Positions 1 through 16,400 of a stretch of DNA of 64,000 nucleotides are shown in pieces. The notes beneath the pieces are model-generated. The model saw nothing but the letters and a program-made list of their open reading frames with translations. It had not been told where the DNA came from and made no database searches. The stretch is taken from the NCBI GenBank assembly GCA_964016885.1, contig OZ024743.1:76756001-76820000 (forward strand). Direction: 5' to 3'. Made by a program: the position numbers and the translations under genes. Position 1 is the first letter of the stretch. Each line of letters starts with the position of its first letter. Source of the stretch: Eledone cirrhosa (lineage: Eukaryota).

Positions 1-2755
1 TATATATATAATATAACTAACATATTAACAAGACACTGGAGTCCGCTATTGACTGTAATATAGATATAATATAGATATAATATAACCAACAGATTAACAA
101 GACACTGGAGTCAGCTATTGACTGTAATATAGATATAATATAGATATAATATAATTAACATATTAACAAGACACTGGAGTCAGCTATTGACTGTAATATA
201 GATATAATATATCTATAATATAACTAACATATTAACAAGACACTGGAGTCTGCTATTGACTGTAATATAGATATAATATAGATATAATATAACTAACATA
301 TTAACAAGACACTGGAATCAGCTATTGTCTGTAATATAGATATAATATAGATATAATATAACTAACATATTAACAAGACACTGGAGTCAGCTATAGACTG
401 ATATATAGATATAATATATCTATAATATAACTAACATATTAACAAGACACTGGAGTCAGCTATAGACTGTAATATAGATATAATATATCTATAATATAAC
501 TAACATATTAACAAGACACTGGAGTCAGCTATAGACTGTTATATAGATATAATATATCTATAATATAACTAACATATTAACAAGACACTGGAGTCAGCTA
601 TAGATGGAATATAGATATAATATATCTATAATATAACTAACATATTAACAAGACACTGGAGTCAGCTATTGACTGTAATATAGATATAATATAGATATAA
701 TATAACCAACATATTAATAAGACACTGGAGTCAGCTATTGACTGTAATATAGATATAATATAGATATAATATAAACAACATATTAACAAGACACTGGAGT
801 CAGCTATAGACTGTAATATAGATATAATATAGATATAATATAACTAACATATTAACAAGACACTAGAGTCAGCTATTTACTGTAATATAGATATAATATA
901 GATATAATATAACTAACATATTAACAAGACACTGGAGTCAGCTATTGACTGTAATATAGATATAATATAGATATAATATAACTAACATATTAACAAGACA
1001 CTGGAGTCAGCTATTAATATAGATATAATATATCTATAATATAACTAACATATTAACAAGACACTAGAATCAGCTATTTACTGTAATATAGATATAATAT
1101 ATCTATAATATAACTAACATATTAACAAGACACTGGAGTCAGCTATTGACTGTAATATAGATATAATATAGATATAATATAACCAACATATTAACAAGAC
1201 ACGAGTCAGCTGTTGACTGTAATATAGATATAATATATCTATAATATAACTAACATATTAACAAGACACTGGAGTCAGCTATTGACTGTAATATAGATAT
1301 AATATATCTATAATATAACAAACATATTAACAAGACACTGTAGTCAGCTATTTAATGTAATATAGATATAATATAGATATAATATAACTAACATATTAAC
1401 AAGACACTGGAGTCAGCTATTGACCGTAATATAGATATAATATAGATATAATATAACCAACATATTAACAAGACACTAGAGTCAGCTATTGACTGTAATA
1501 TAGATATAATATAGATATAATATAACCAACATATTATCAAGACACTGGAGTCAGCTATTGACTGTAATATAGATATAATATATCTATAATATAATTAACA
1601 TATTAACAAGACACTGGAGTCAGCTATTGACTGTAATATAGATATAATATATCTATAATATAACTAACATATTAACAAGACACTGGAGTCTGCTATTGAC
1701 TGTAATATAGATATAATATATATATAATATAACTAACATATTAACAAGACACTGGAGTCCGCTATTGACTGTAATATAGATATAATATAGATATAATATA
1801 ACCAACATATTAATAAGACACTGGAGTCAGCTATTGACTGTAATATAGATATAATATAGATATAATATAATTAACATATTAACAAGACACTGGAGTCAGC
1901 TATTGACTGTAATATAGATATAATATATCTATAATATAACTAACATATTAACAAGACACTGGAGTCTGCTATTGACTGTAATATAGATATAATATAGATA
2001 TAATATAACTAACATATTAACAAGACACTGGAGTCAGCTATTGTCTGTAATATAGATATAATATAGATATAATATAACTAACATATTAACAAGACACTGG
2101 AGTCAGCTATAGACTGATATATAGATATAATATATCTATAATATAACTAACATATTAACAAGACACTGGAGTCAGCTATAGACTGTAATATAGATATAAT
2201 ATATCTATAATATAACTAACATATTAACAAGACACTGGAGTCAGCTATTGACTGTAATATAAATATAATATATCTATAATATAACTAACATATTAACAAC
2301 ACACTGGAGTCAGCTATTGACTGTAATATAGATAAAATATAGATATAATATAACTAACATATTAACAAGACACTGGAGTCAGCTATTGTCTGTAATATAG
2401 ATATAATATAGATATAATATAACTAACATATTAACAAGACACTGGAGTCAGCTATAGACTGATATATAGATATAATATATCTATAATATAACTAACATAT
2501 TAACAAGACACTGGAGTCAGCTATAGACTGTAATATAGATATAATATATCTATAATATAACTAACATATTAACAAGACACTGGAGTCAGCTATTGACTGT
2601 AATATAGATATAATATAGATATAATATAACCAACATATTAACAAGACACTGGAGTCAGCTATTGACTGTAATATAGATATAATATAGATATAATATAACC
2701 AACATATTAACAAGACACTGGAGTCAGCTATAGACTGTAATATAGATATAATATA

Positions 2756-4485
2756 TATTTCTTTTATTTGCCACTAGGGCATCAAAAGTGGGACAAGTAC
2801 AAAGGGGGGAGTTTACACAAAAAGGCGTCCTCAATAAGGAGGAGGCAATAACAAAATATAAAAATAAAATAAGATATAACAAAAAATAACATTTTTAACA
2901 AAATCCTCAATAGAGAGGAGGCGCCTTGGGGGGTCGCACACACCCCCGAAAAAAGTGTGCAACCCTTCTCCTCAGGAGCACAGAGAAGGGGTGCTCCCTT
3001 GGTCTTTCATCTTCCTCACCTATAGTCTGATGTAGAGTGAAGGCCCATTCACACGGGCCATTCTCGCCACTTTCACCCATCTTTCATAGAAACGGCTGGG
3101 GTGCAGCACCTCTCTCTCCATCCTGATCCTTCTTCCGAAATGATATCGGAAGAAACGGACCAGTTGTTGGCCAGAGAGAAAGGTGCCCGACCTCAGTCCT
3201 TTCAGACGCGTCCACCATACAACCTCTTTCGCCATGGCTATTACGCACAGAAACACCGCCTCTGCTTCATCTTTGAAGGGGGGAGGCGGCTTGATCATTA
3301 CAATAGACTCGGTGGTCAACCGGATCGGTCCCACCCTTGACAGCAGTTGTTCGACACAGCCCCACAGATCGGCAACGCCCGAGCAGTGTACTAATGCGTG
3401 TGCAACGGTTTCCTCGTCGCACACGCATCTGGGACAGATCTTTTTGGCGGGGTCCCTACCCGGGCGCCCGTGTCTGTAGAGCCTTTCTCGAACGGGTAAA
3501 GCCCCTCGGTAGCACTGCCAGGCCAGGGACTTCTGGAAGTTGTCCATAGGTCCCGGGCTGAATGTCCTACCGAAAAGGCTGGCCAGTTCGTCCTCCTCCA
3601 TGTCTAGGGCTTCTCCGAGGGCGTCGTCGCACCTGCTGCGTACCAGCCCTCTATAGAATGTTGCGGTGGAGTCTCCACTGATAACCGGATCCGCCTGCCA
3701 GAGGGCGGTGAGCGCCTGGGCACACTCAGTGTGCCAGGCGCCCAGTTTTCTCGGTCTTTGCTTGACCCAGGATTGCAGCTCGGTGAGTGAGACGAGTCTG
3801 GGAAAGGTTCGTCTCACAAACGAGGCCCACACCGGTTGTCCGGTGAGGAATACGTAGAGGTGCCGTAGCCTTAATGCGTGTTTACGCATCATTAGCCACG
3901 GCATCCCCAGCCCTCCTTTCGAAGGGTGTTGACAGCAGATGGATCTCCTCACCATAGGAGCCCGCCTCTTCCAAAGGAATTGGAAGAGCGCGCGCTCCAT
4001 CTTGGTGAGGGTTTCCCTTGGGCAGGGCACTACGGTCAGGCGGTAGTAGATGACGGACGCTATGTAGGTGTTCGCCACCTCCGCCCGACCTTTCAGGGAT
4101 AGTTTGCAACTGGCCCACTTCTGGGTCAGTGCAAACACTCTGTTCGTAACCTCCGCCCAGTTTTTCTCCACCTGGAGGTCCGGTCCGAACCAGACCCCGA
4201 GCAACTTCACCGGGCCCTCCGTCCAGCGTCCGACGACGCTATCGGAGGGCATCGGTCTGCCCCTCCACGTGCCGAGTTGCAAACCGATCGACTTGTCCCG
4301 GTTCAGCTTAGCCCCTGTGAACTTTTCGTACTCCTCCAGTAAGGTGCCGACCGCCTCGATTTCGGAGGCCGTCGACACCATTACTGTCACGTCATCGGCG
4401 TAGGCCGACACCGCTTTCCGCAATCCCGGTTCCAAAGGGATGCCCTGCAACAACTCCAACTTCCGCAGTAGTGGCTCGAGAGTCA
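2756..4485 (-). mobile_element. 5'-truncated copy of L1/Tx1-clade non-LTR retrotransposon
   Basis: Nearly identical to 18798-20526 (offset about 16041). Contains the 3' half of the RT ORF, a 3'UTR and AATAAA near the 3' end. The 5' junction has AGAGTCA microhomology with the satellite. Confidence 0.95.
3020..4485 (-). pseudogene. C-terminal fragment of LINE ORF2 (RT YADD motif, thumb, zf-RVT CCHC finger); open frame but no 5' end
   Basis: AYADDV, KLLGVWF and CPRCVCDEETVAHALVHC occur in the 479-aa ORF. The start in the ORF track is an artefact of truncation. Confidence 0.92.
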
Positions 4486-7400
4486 GCTATTTACTGTAAT
4501 ATAGATATAATATAGATATAATATAACTAACATATTAACAAGACACTGGAGTCAGCTATTAATATAGATATAAAATATCTATAATATAACTAATATATTA
4601 ACAGGACACTGGAGTCTGCTATTGACTGTAATATAAATATAATATATCTATAATATAACTAACATATTAACAAGACACTGGAGTCAGCTATTGACTGTAA
4701 TATAGATAAAATATAGATATAATATAACTAACATATTAACAAGACACTGGAGTCAGCTATAGTCTGTTATATAGATATAATATATCTATAATATAACTAA
4801 CATATTAACAAGACACTGGAGTCAGCTATAGATGGAATATAGATATAATATATCTATAATATAACTAACATATTAACAAGACACTGGAGTCAGCTATTGA
4901 CTGTAATATAGATATAATATAGATATAATATAACCAACATATTAATAAGACACTGGAGTCAGCTATTGACTGTAATATAGATATAATATAGATATAATAT
5001 AACCAACATATTAACAAGACACTGGAGTCAGCTATAGACTGTAATATAGATATAATATAGATATAATATAACTAACATATTAACAAGACACTAGAGTCAG
5101 CTATTTACTGTAATATAGATATAATATAGATATAATATAACTAACATATTAACAAGACACTGGAGTCAGCTATTGACTGTAATATAGATATAATATAGAT
5201 ATAATATAACTAACATATTAACAAGACACTGGAGTCAGCTATTAATATAGATATAATATATCTATAATATAACTAACATATTAACAAGACACTAGAGTCA
5301 GCTATTTACTGTAATATAGATATAATATATCTATAATATAACTAACATATTAACAAGACACTGGAGTCAGCTATTGACTGTAATATAGATATAATATAGA
5401 TATAATATAACCAACATATTATCAAGACACTGGAGTCAGCTATTGACTGTAATATAGATATAATATATCTATAATATAATTAACATATTAACAAGACACT
5501 GGAGTCAGCTATTGACTGTAATATAGATATAATATATCTATAATATAACTAACATATTAACAAGACACTGGAGTCTGCTATTGACTGTAATATAGATATA
5601 ATATATATATAATATAACTAACATATTAACAAGACACTGGAGTCCGCTATTGACTGTAATATAGATATAATATAGATATAATATAACCAACATATTAACA
5701 AGACACTGGAGTCAGCTATTGACTGTAATATAGATATAATATAGATATAATATAATTAACATATTAACAAGACACTGGAGTCAGCTATTGACTGTAATAT
5801 AGATATAATATATCTATAATATAACTAACATATTAACAAGACACTGGAGTCTGCTATTGACTGTAATATAGATATAATATAGATATAATATAACCAACAT
5901 ATTAACAAGACACTGGAGTCAGCTATTGACTGTAATATAGATATAATATATCTATGATATAACTAACATATTAACAAGACACTGGAGTCAGCTATTGACT
6001 ATAATATAGATATAATATAGATATAATATAACCAACATATTAACAAGACACTGGAGTCAACTATTGACTGTAATATAGATATAATATAGATATAATATAA
6101 CTAACATATTAACAAGACGCTGGAGTCAGCTATTGACTGTAATATAGATATAATATAGATATAATATAACTAACATATTAACAAGACACTGGAGTCAGCT
6201 ATTGACTGTAATATAGATATAATATAGATATAATATAAATAACATATTAACAAGACACTGGAGTCAGCTATTGACCGTAATATAGATATAATATAGATAT
6301 AATATAACCAACATATTAACAAGACACTAGAGTCAGCTATTGACTGTAATATAGATATAATATAGATATAATATAACCAACATATTATCAAGACACTGGA
6401 GTCAGCTATTGACTGTAATATAGATATAATATATCTATAATATAATTAACATATTAACAAGACACTGGAGTCAGCTATTGACTGTAATATAGATATAATA
6501 TAGATATAATATAACCAACATATTAACAAGACACTGGAGTCAGCTATAGACTGTAATATAGATATAATATAGATATAATATAACTAACATATTAACAAGA
6601 CACTAGAGTCAGCTATTTACTGTAATATAGATATAATATAGATATAATATAACTAACATATTAACAAGACACTGGAGTCAGCTATTAATATAGATATAAA
6701 ATATCTATAATATAACTAATATATTAACAGGACACTGGAGTCTGCTATTGACTGTAATATAAATATAATATATCTATAATATAACTAACATATTAACAAG
6801 ACACTGGAGTCAGCTATTGACTGTAATATAGATATAATATAACTAACATATTAACAAGACACTGGAGTCAGCTATAGTCTGTTATATAGATATAATATAT
6901 CTATAATATAACTAACATATTAACAAGACACTGGAGTCAGCTATAGATGGAATATAGATATAATATATCTATAATATAACTAACATATTAACAAGACACT
7001 GGAGTCAGCTATTGACTGTAATATAGATATAATATAGATATAATATAACCAACATATTAATAAGACACTGGAGTCAGCTATTGACTGTAATATAGATATA
7101 ATATAGATATAATATAACCAACATATTAACAAGACACTGGAGTCAGCTATAGACTGTAATATAGATATAATATAGATATAATATAACTAACATATTAACA
7201 AGACACTAGAGTCAGCTATTTACTGTAATATAGATATAATATAGATATAATATAACTAACATATTAACAAGACACTGGAGTCAGCTATTGACTGTAATAT
7301 AGATATAATATAGATATAATATAACTAACATATTAACAAGACACTGGAGTCAGCTATTAATATAGATATAATATATCTATAATATAACTAACATATTAAC

Positions 7401-10400
7401 AAGACACTAGAGTCAGCTATTTACTGTAATATAGATATAATATATCTATAATATAACTAACATATTAACAAGACACTGGAGTCAGCTATTGACTGTAATA
7501 TAGATATAATATAGATATAATATAACCAACATATTATCAAGACACTGGAGTCAGCTATTGACTGTAATATAGATATAACATATCTATAATATAATTAACA
7601 TATTAACAAGACACTGGAGTCAGCTATTGACTGTAATATAGATATAATATATCTATAATATAACTAACATATTAACAAGACACTGGAGTCTGCTATTGAC
7701 TGTAATATAGATATAATATATATATAATATAACTAACATATTAACAACACACTGGAGTCCGCTATTGACTGTAATATAGATATAATATAGATATAATATA
7801 ACCAACATATTAACAAGACACTGGAGTCAGCTATTGACTGTAATATAGATATAATATAGATATAATATAATTAACATATTAACAAGACACTGGCGTCAGC
7901 TATTGACTGTAATATAGATATAATATATCTATAATATAACTAACATATTAACAAGACACTGGAGTCTGCTATTGACTGTAATATAGATATAATATAGATA
8001 TAATATAACCAACATATTAACAAGACACGAGTCAGCTGTTGACTGTAATATAGATATAATATATCTATAATATAACTAACATATTAACAAGACACTGGAG
8101 TCAGCTATTGACTGTAATATAGATATAATATAGATATAATATAATTAACATATTAACAAGACACTGGAGTCAGCTATTGACTGTAATATAGATATAATAT
8201 ATCTATAATATAACTAACATATTAACAAGACACTGGAGTCAGCTATTGACTGTAATATAGATATAATATAGATATAATATAACCAACATATTAACAAGAC
8301 ACGAGTCAGCTGTTGACTGTAATATAGATATAATATATCTATAATATAACTAACATATTAACAAGACACTGGAGTCAGCTATTGACTGTAATATAGATAT
8401 AATATATCTATAATATAACAAACATATTAACAAGACACTGTAGTCAGCTATTTAATGTAATATAGATATAATATAGATATAATATAACTAACATATTAAC
8501 AAGACACTGGAGTCAGCTATTGACCGTAATATAGATATAATATAGATATAATATAACCAACATATTAACAAGACACTAGAGTCAGCTATTGACTGTAATA
8601 TAGATATAATATAGATATAATATAACCAACATATTATCAAGACACTGGAGTCAGCTATTGACTGTAATATAGATATAATATATCTATAATATAATTAACA
8701 TATTAACAAGACACTGGAGTCAGCTATTGACTGTAATATAGATATAATATATCTATAATATAACTAACATATTAACAAGACACTGGAGTCTGCTATTGAC
8801 TGTAATATAGATATAATATATATATAATATAACTAACATATTAACAAGACACTGGAGTCCGCTATTGACTGTAATATAGATATAATATAGATATAATATA
8901 ACCAACATATTAATAAGACACTGGAGTCAGCTATTGACTGTAATATAGATATAATATAGATATAATATAATTAACATATTAACAAGACACTGGAGTCAGC
9001 TATTGACTGTAATATAGATATAATATATCTATAATATAACTAACATATTAACAAGACACTGGAGTCTGCTATTGACTGTAATATAGATATAATATAGATA
9101 TAATATAACTAACATATTAACAAGACACTGGAGTCAGCTATTGTCTGTAATATAGATATAATATAGATATAATATAACTAACATATTAACAAGACACTGG
9201 AGTCAGCTATAGACTGATATATAGATATAATATATCTATAATATAACTAACATATTAACAAGACACTGGAGTCAGCTATAGACTGTAATATAGATATAAT
9301 ATATCTATAATATAACTAACATATTAACAAGACACTGGAGTCAGCTATTGACTGTAATATAAATATAATATATCTATAATATAACTAACATATTAACAAG
9401 ACACTGGAGTCAGCTATTGACTGTAATATAGATAAAATATAGATATAATATAACTAACATATTAACAAGACACTGGAGTCAGCTATTGTCTGTAATATAG
9501 ATATAATATAGATATAATATAACTAACATATTAACAAGACACTGGAGTCAGCTATAGACTGATATATAGATATAATATATCTATAATATAACTAACATAT
9601 TAACAAGACACTGGAGTCAGCTATAGACTGTAATATAGATATAATATATCTATAATATAACTAACATATTAACAAGACACTGGAGTCAGCTATTGACTGT
9701 AATATAGATATAATATAGATATAATATAACCAACATATTAACAAGACACTGGAGTCAGCTATTGACTGTAATATAGATATAATATAGATATAATATAACC
9801 AACATATTAACAAGACACTGGAGTCAGCTATAGACTGTAATATAGATATAATATAGATATAATATAACTAACATATTAACAAGACACTAGAGTCAGCTAT
9901 TTACTGTAATATAGATATAATATAGATATAATATAACTAACATATTAACAAGACACTGGAGTCAGCTATTAATATAGATATAAAATATCTATAATATAAC
10001 TAATATATTAACAGGACACTGGAGTCTGCTATTGACTGTAATATAAATATAATATATCTATAATATAACTAACATATTAACAAGACACTGGAGTCAGCTA
10101 TTGACTGTAATATAGATAAAATATAGATATAATATAACTAACATATTAACAAGACACTGGAGTCAGCTATAGTCTGTTATATAGATATAATATATCTATA
10201 ATATAACTAACATATTAACAAGACACTGGAGTCAGCTATAGATGGAATATAGATATAATATATCTATAATATAACTAACATATTAACAAGACACTGGAGT
10301 CAGCTATTGACTGTAATATAGATATAATATAGATATAATATAACCAACATATTAATAAGACACTGGAGTCAGCTATTGACTGTAATATAGATATAATATA

Positions 10401-13400
10401 GATATAATATAACCAACATATTAACAAGACACTGGAGTCAGCTATAGACTGTAATATAGATATAATATAGATATAATATAACTAACATATTAACAAGACA
10501 CTAGAGTCAGCTATTTACTGTAATATAGATATAATATAGATATAATATAACTAACATATTAACAAGACACTGGAGTCAGCTATTGACTGTAATATAGATA
10601 TAATATAGATATAATATAACTAACATATTAACAAGACACTGGAGTCAGCTATTAATATAGATATAATATATCTATAATATAACTAACATATTAACAAGAC
10701 ACTAGAGTCAGCTATTTACTGTAATATAGATATAATATATCTATAATATAACTAACATATTAACAAGACACTGGAGTCAGCTATTGACTGTAATATAGAT
10801 ATAATATAGATATAATATAACCAACATATTATCAAGACACTGGAGTCAGCTATTGACTGTAATATAGATATAATATATCTATAATATAATTAACATATTA
10901 ACAAGACACTGGAGTCAGCTATTGACTGTAATATAGATATAATATATCTATAATATAACTAACATATTAACAAGACACTGGAGTCTGCTATTGACTGTAA
11001 TATAGATATAATATATATATAATATAACTAACATATTAACAAGACACTGGAGTCCGCTATTGACTGTAATATAGATATAATATAGATATAATATAACCAA
11101 CATATTAACAAGACACTGGAGTCAGCTATTGACTGTAATATAGATATAATATAGATATAATATAATTAACATATTAACAAGACACTGGAGTCAGCTATTG
11201 ACTGTAATATAGATATAATATATCTATAATATAACTAACATATTAACAAGACACTGGAGTCTGCTATTGACTGTAATATAGATTTAATATAGATATAATA
11301 TAACCAACATATTAACAAGACACTGGAGTCAGCTATTGACTGTAATATAGATATAATATATCTATGATATAACTAACATATTAACAAGACACTGGAGTCA
11401 GCTATTGACTATAATATAGATATAATATAGATATAATATAACCAACATATTAACAAGACACTGGAGTCAACTATTGACTGTAATATAGATATAATATAGA
11501 TATAATATAACTAACATATTAACAAGACGCTGGAGTCAGCTATTGACTGTAATATAGATATAATATAGATATAATATAACTAACATATTAACAAGACACT
11601 GGAGTCAGCTATTGACTGTAATATAGATATAATATAGATATAATATAAATAACATATTAACAAGACACTGGAGTCAGCTATTGACCGTAATATAGATATA
11701 ATATAGATATAATATAACCAACATATTAACAAGACACTAGAGTCAGCTATTGACTGTAATATAGATATAATATAGATATAATATAACCAACATATTATCA
11801 AGACACTGGAGTCAGCTATTGACTGTAATATAGATATAATATATCTATAATATAATTAACATATTAACAAGACACTGGAGTCAGCTATTGACTGTAATAT
11901 AGATATAATATAGATATAATATAACCAACATATTAACAAGACACTGGAGTCAGCTATAGACTGTAATATAGATATAATATAGATATAATATAACTAACAT
12001 ATTAACAAGACACTAGAGTCAGCTATTTACTGTAATATAGATATAATATAGATATAATATAACTAACATATTAACAAGACACTGGAGTCAGCTATTAATA
12101 TAGATATAAAATATCTATAATATAACTAATATATTAACAGGACACTGGAGTCTGCTATTGACTGTAATATAAATATAATATATCTATAATATAACTAACA
12201 TATTAACAAGACACTGGAGTCAGCTATTGACTGTAATATAGATATAATATAACTAACATATTAACAAGACACTGGAGTCAGCTATAGTCTGTTATATAGA
12301 TATAATATATCTATAATATAACTAACATATTAACAAGACACTGGAGTCAGCTATAGATGGAATATAGATATAATATATCTATAATATAACTAACATATTA
12401 ACAAGACACTGGAGTCAGCTATTGACTGTAATATAGATATAATATAGATATAATATAACCAACATATTAATAAGACACTGGAGTCAGCTATTGACTGTAA
12501 TATAGATATAATATAGATATAATATAACCAACATATTAACAAGACACTGGAGTCAGCTATAGACTGTAATATAGATATAATATAGATATAATATAACTAA
12601 CATATTAACAAGACACTAGAGTCAGCTATTTACTGTAATATAGATATAATATAGATATAATATAACTAACATATTAACAAGACACTGGAGTCAGCTATTG
12701 ACTGTAATATAGATATAATATAGATATAATATAACTAACATATTAACAAGACACTGGAGTCAGCTATTAATATAGATATAATATATCTATAATATAACTA
12801 ACATATTAACAAGACACTAGAGTCAGCTATTTACTGTAATATAGATATAATATATCTATAATATAACTAACATATTAACAAGACACTGGAGTCAGCTATT
12901 GACTGTAATATAGATATAATATAGATATAATATAACCAACATATTATCAAGACACTGGAGTCAGCTATTGACTGTAATATAGATATAACATATCTATAAT
13001 ATAATTAACATATTAACAAGACACTGGAGTCAGCTATTGACTGTAATATAGATATAATATATCTATAATATAACTAACATATTAACAAGACACTGGAGTC
13101 TGCTATTGACTGTAATATAGATATAATATATATATAATATAACTAACATATTAACAACACACTGGAGTCCGCTATTGACTGTAATATAGATATAATATAG
13201 ATATAATATAACCAACATATTAACAAGACACTGGAGTCAGCTATTGACTGTAATATAGATATAATATAGATATAATATAATTAACATATTAACAAGACAC
13301 TGGAGTCAGCTATTGACTGTAATATAGATATAATATATCTATAATATAACTAACATATTAACAAGACACTGGAGTCTGCTATTGACTGTAATATAGATAT

Positions 13401-16400
13401 AATATAGATATAATATAACCAACATATTAACAAGACACTAGAGTCAGCTATTGACTGTAATATAGATATAATATATCTATGATATAACTAACATATTAAC
13501 AAGACACTGGAGTCAGCTATTGACTATAATATAGATATAATATAGATATAATATAACCAACATATTAACAAGACACTGGAGTCAACTATTGACTGTAATA
13601 TAGATATAATATAGATATAATATAACTAACATATTAACAAGACGCTGGAGTCAGCTATTGACTGTAATATAGATATAATATAGATATAATATAACTAACA
13701 TATTAACAAGACACTGGAGTCAGCTATTGACTGTAATATAGATATAATATAGATATAATATAACTAACATATTAACAAGACACTGGAGTCAGCTATTGAC
13801 CGTAATATAGATATAATATAGATATAATATAACCAACATATTAACAAGACACTAGAGTCAGCTATTGACTGTAATATAGATATAATATAGATATAATATA
13901 ACCAACATATTATCAAGACACTGGAGTCAGCTATTGACTGTAATATAGATATAATATATCTATAATATAATTAACATATTAACAAGACACTGGAGTCAGC
14001 TATTGACTGTAATATAGCTATAATATATCTATAATATAACTAACATATTAACAAGACACTGGAGTCTGCTATTGACTGTAATATAGATATAATATATATA
14101 TAATATAACTAACATATTAACAAGACACTGGAGTCCGCTATTGACTGTAATATAGATATAATATAGATATAATATAACCAACATATTAACAAGACACTGG
14201 AGTCAGCTATTGACTGTAATATAGATATAATATAGATATAATATAATTAACATATTAACAAGACACTGGAGTCAGCTATTGACTGTAATATAGATATAAT
14301 ATATCTATAATATAACTAACATATTAACAAGACACTGGAGTCTGCTATTGACTGTAATATAGATATAATATAGATATAATATAACTAACATATTAACAAG
14401 ACACTGGAGTCAGCTATTGTCTGTAATATAGATATAATATAGATATAATATAACTAACATATTAACAAGACACTGGAGTCAGCTATAGACTGATATATAG
14501 ATATAATATATCTATAATATAACTAACATATTAACAAGACACTGGAGTCAGCTATAGACTGTAATATAGATATAATATATCTATAATATAACTAACATAT
14601 TAACAAGACACTGGAGTCAGCTATTGACTGTAATATAAATATAATATATCTATAATATAACTAACATATTAACAAGACACTGGAGTCAGCTATTGACTGT
14701 AATATAGATAAAATATAGATATAATATAACTAACATATTAACAAGACACTGGAGTCAGCTATTGTCTGTAATATAGATATAATATAGATATAATATAACT
14801 AACATATTAACAAGACACTGGAGTCAGCTATAGACTGTAATATAGATATAATATATCTATAATATAACTAACATATTAACAAGACACTGGAGTCAGCTAT
14901 AGACTGTAATAAAGATATAATATATCTATAATATAACTAACATATTAACAAGACACTGGAGTCAGCTATTGACTGTAATATAGATATAATATAGATATAA
15001 TATAACCAACATATTAACAAGACACTGGAGTCAGCTATTGACTGTAATATAGATATAATATAGATATAATATAACCAACATATTAACAAGACACTGGAGT
15101 CAGCTATAGACTGTAATATAGATATAATATAGATATAATATAACTAACATATTAACAAGACACTAGAGTCAGCTATTTACTGTAATATAGATATAATATA
15201 GATATAATATAACTAACATATTAACAAGACACTGGAGTCAGCTATTAATATAGATATAAAATATCTATAATATAACTAATATATTAACAGGACACTGGAG
15301 TCTGCTATTGACTGTAATATAAATATAATATATCTATAATATAACTAACATATTAACAAGACACTGGAGTCAGCTATTGACTGTAATATAGATAAAATAT
15401 AGATATAATATAACTAACATATTAACAAGACACTGGAGTCAGCTATAGACTGTTATATAGATATAATATATCTATAATATAACTAACATATTAACAAGAC
15501 ACTAGAGTCAGCTATAGATGGAATATAGATATAATATATCTATAATATAACTAACATATTAACAAGACACTGGAGTCAGCTATTGACTGTAATATAGATA
15601 TAATATAGATATAATATAACCAACATATTAATAAGACACTGGAGTCAGCTATTGACTGTAATATAGATATAATATAGATATAATATAACCAACATATTAA
15701 CAAGACACTGGAGTCAGCTATAGACTGTAATATAGATATAATATAGATATAATATAACTAACATATTAACAAGACACTAGAGTCAGCTATTTACTGTAAT
15801 ATAGATATAATATAGATATAATATAACTAACATATTAACAAGACACTGGAGTCAGCTATTGACTGTAATATAGATATAATATAGATATAATATAACTAAC
15901 ATATTAACAAGACACTGGAGTCAGCTATTAATATAGATATAATATATCTATAATATAACTAACATATTAACAAGACACTAGAGTCAGCTATTTACTGTAA
16001 TATAGATATAATATATCTATAATATAACTAACATATTAACAAGACACTGGTGTCAGCTATTGACTGTAATATAGATATAATATAGATATAATATAACCAA
16101 CATATTATCAAGACACTGGAGTCAGCTATTGACTGTAATATAGATATAATATATCTATAATATAATTAACATATTAACAAGACACTGGAGTCAGCTATTG
16201 ACTGTAATATAGATATAATATATCTATAATATAACTAACATATTAACAAGACACTGGAGTCTGCTATTGACTGTAATATAGATATAATATATATATAATA
16301 TAACTAACATATTAACAAGACACTGGAGTCCGCTTTTGACTGTAATATAGATATAATATAGATATAATATAACCAACATATTAACAAGACACTGGAGTCA

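Noticed and set aside
3101-4403. Plus-strand and alternative-frame ORFs overlapping LINE ORF2 (also at 19142-24261)
   Set aside because: These are shadow frames of a GC-rich coding sequence with no recognisable motifs.
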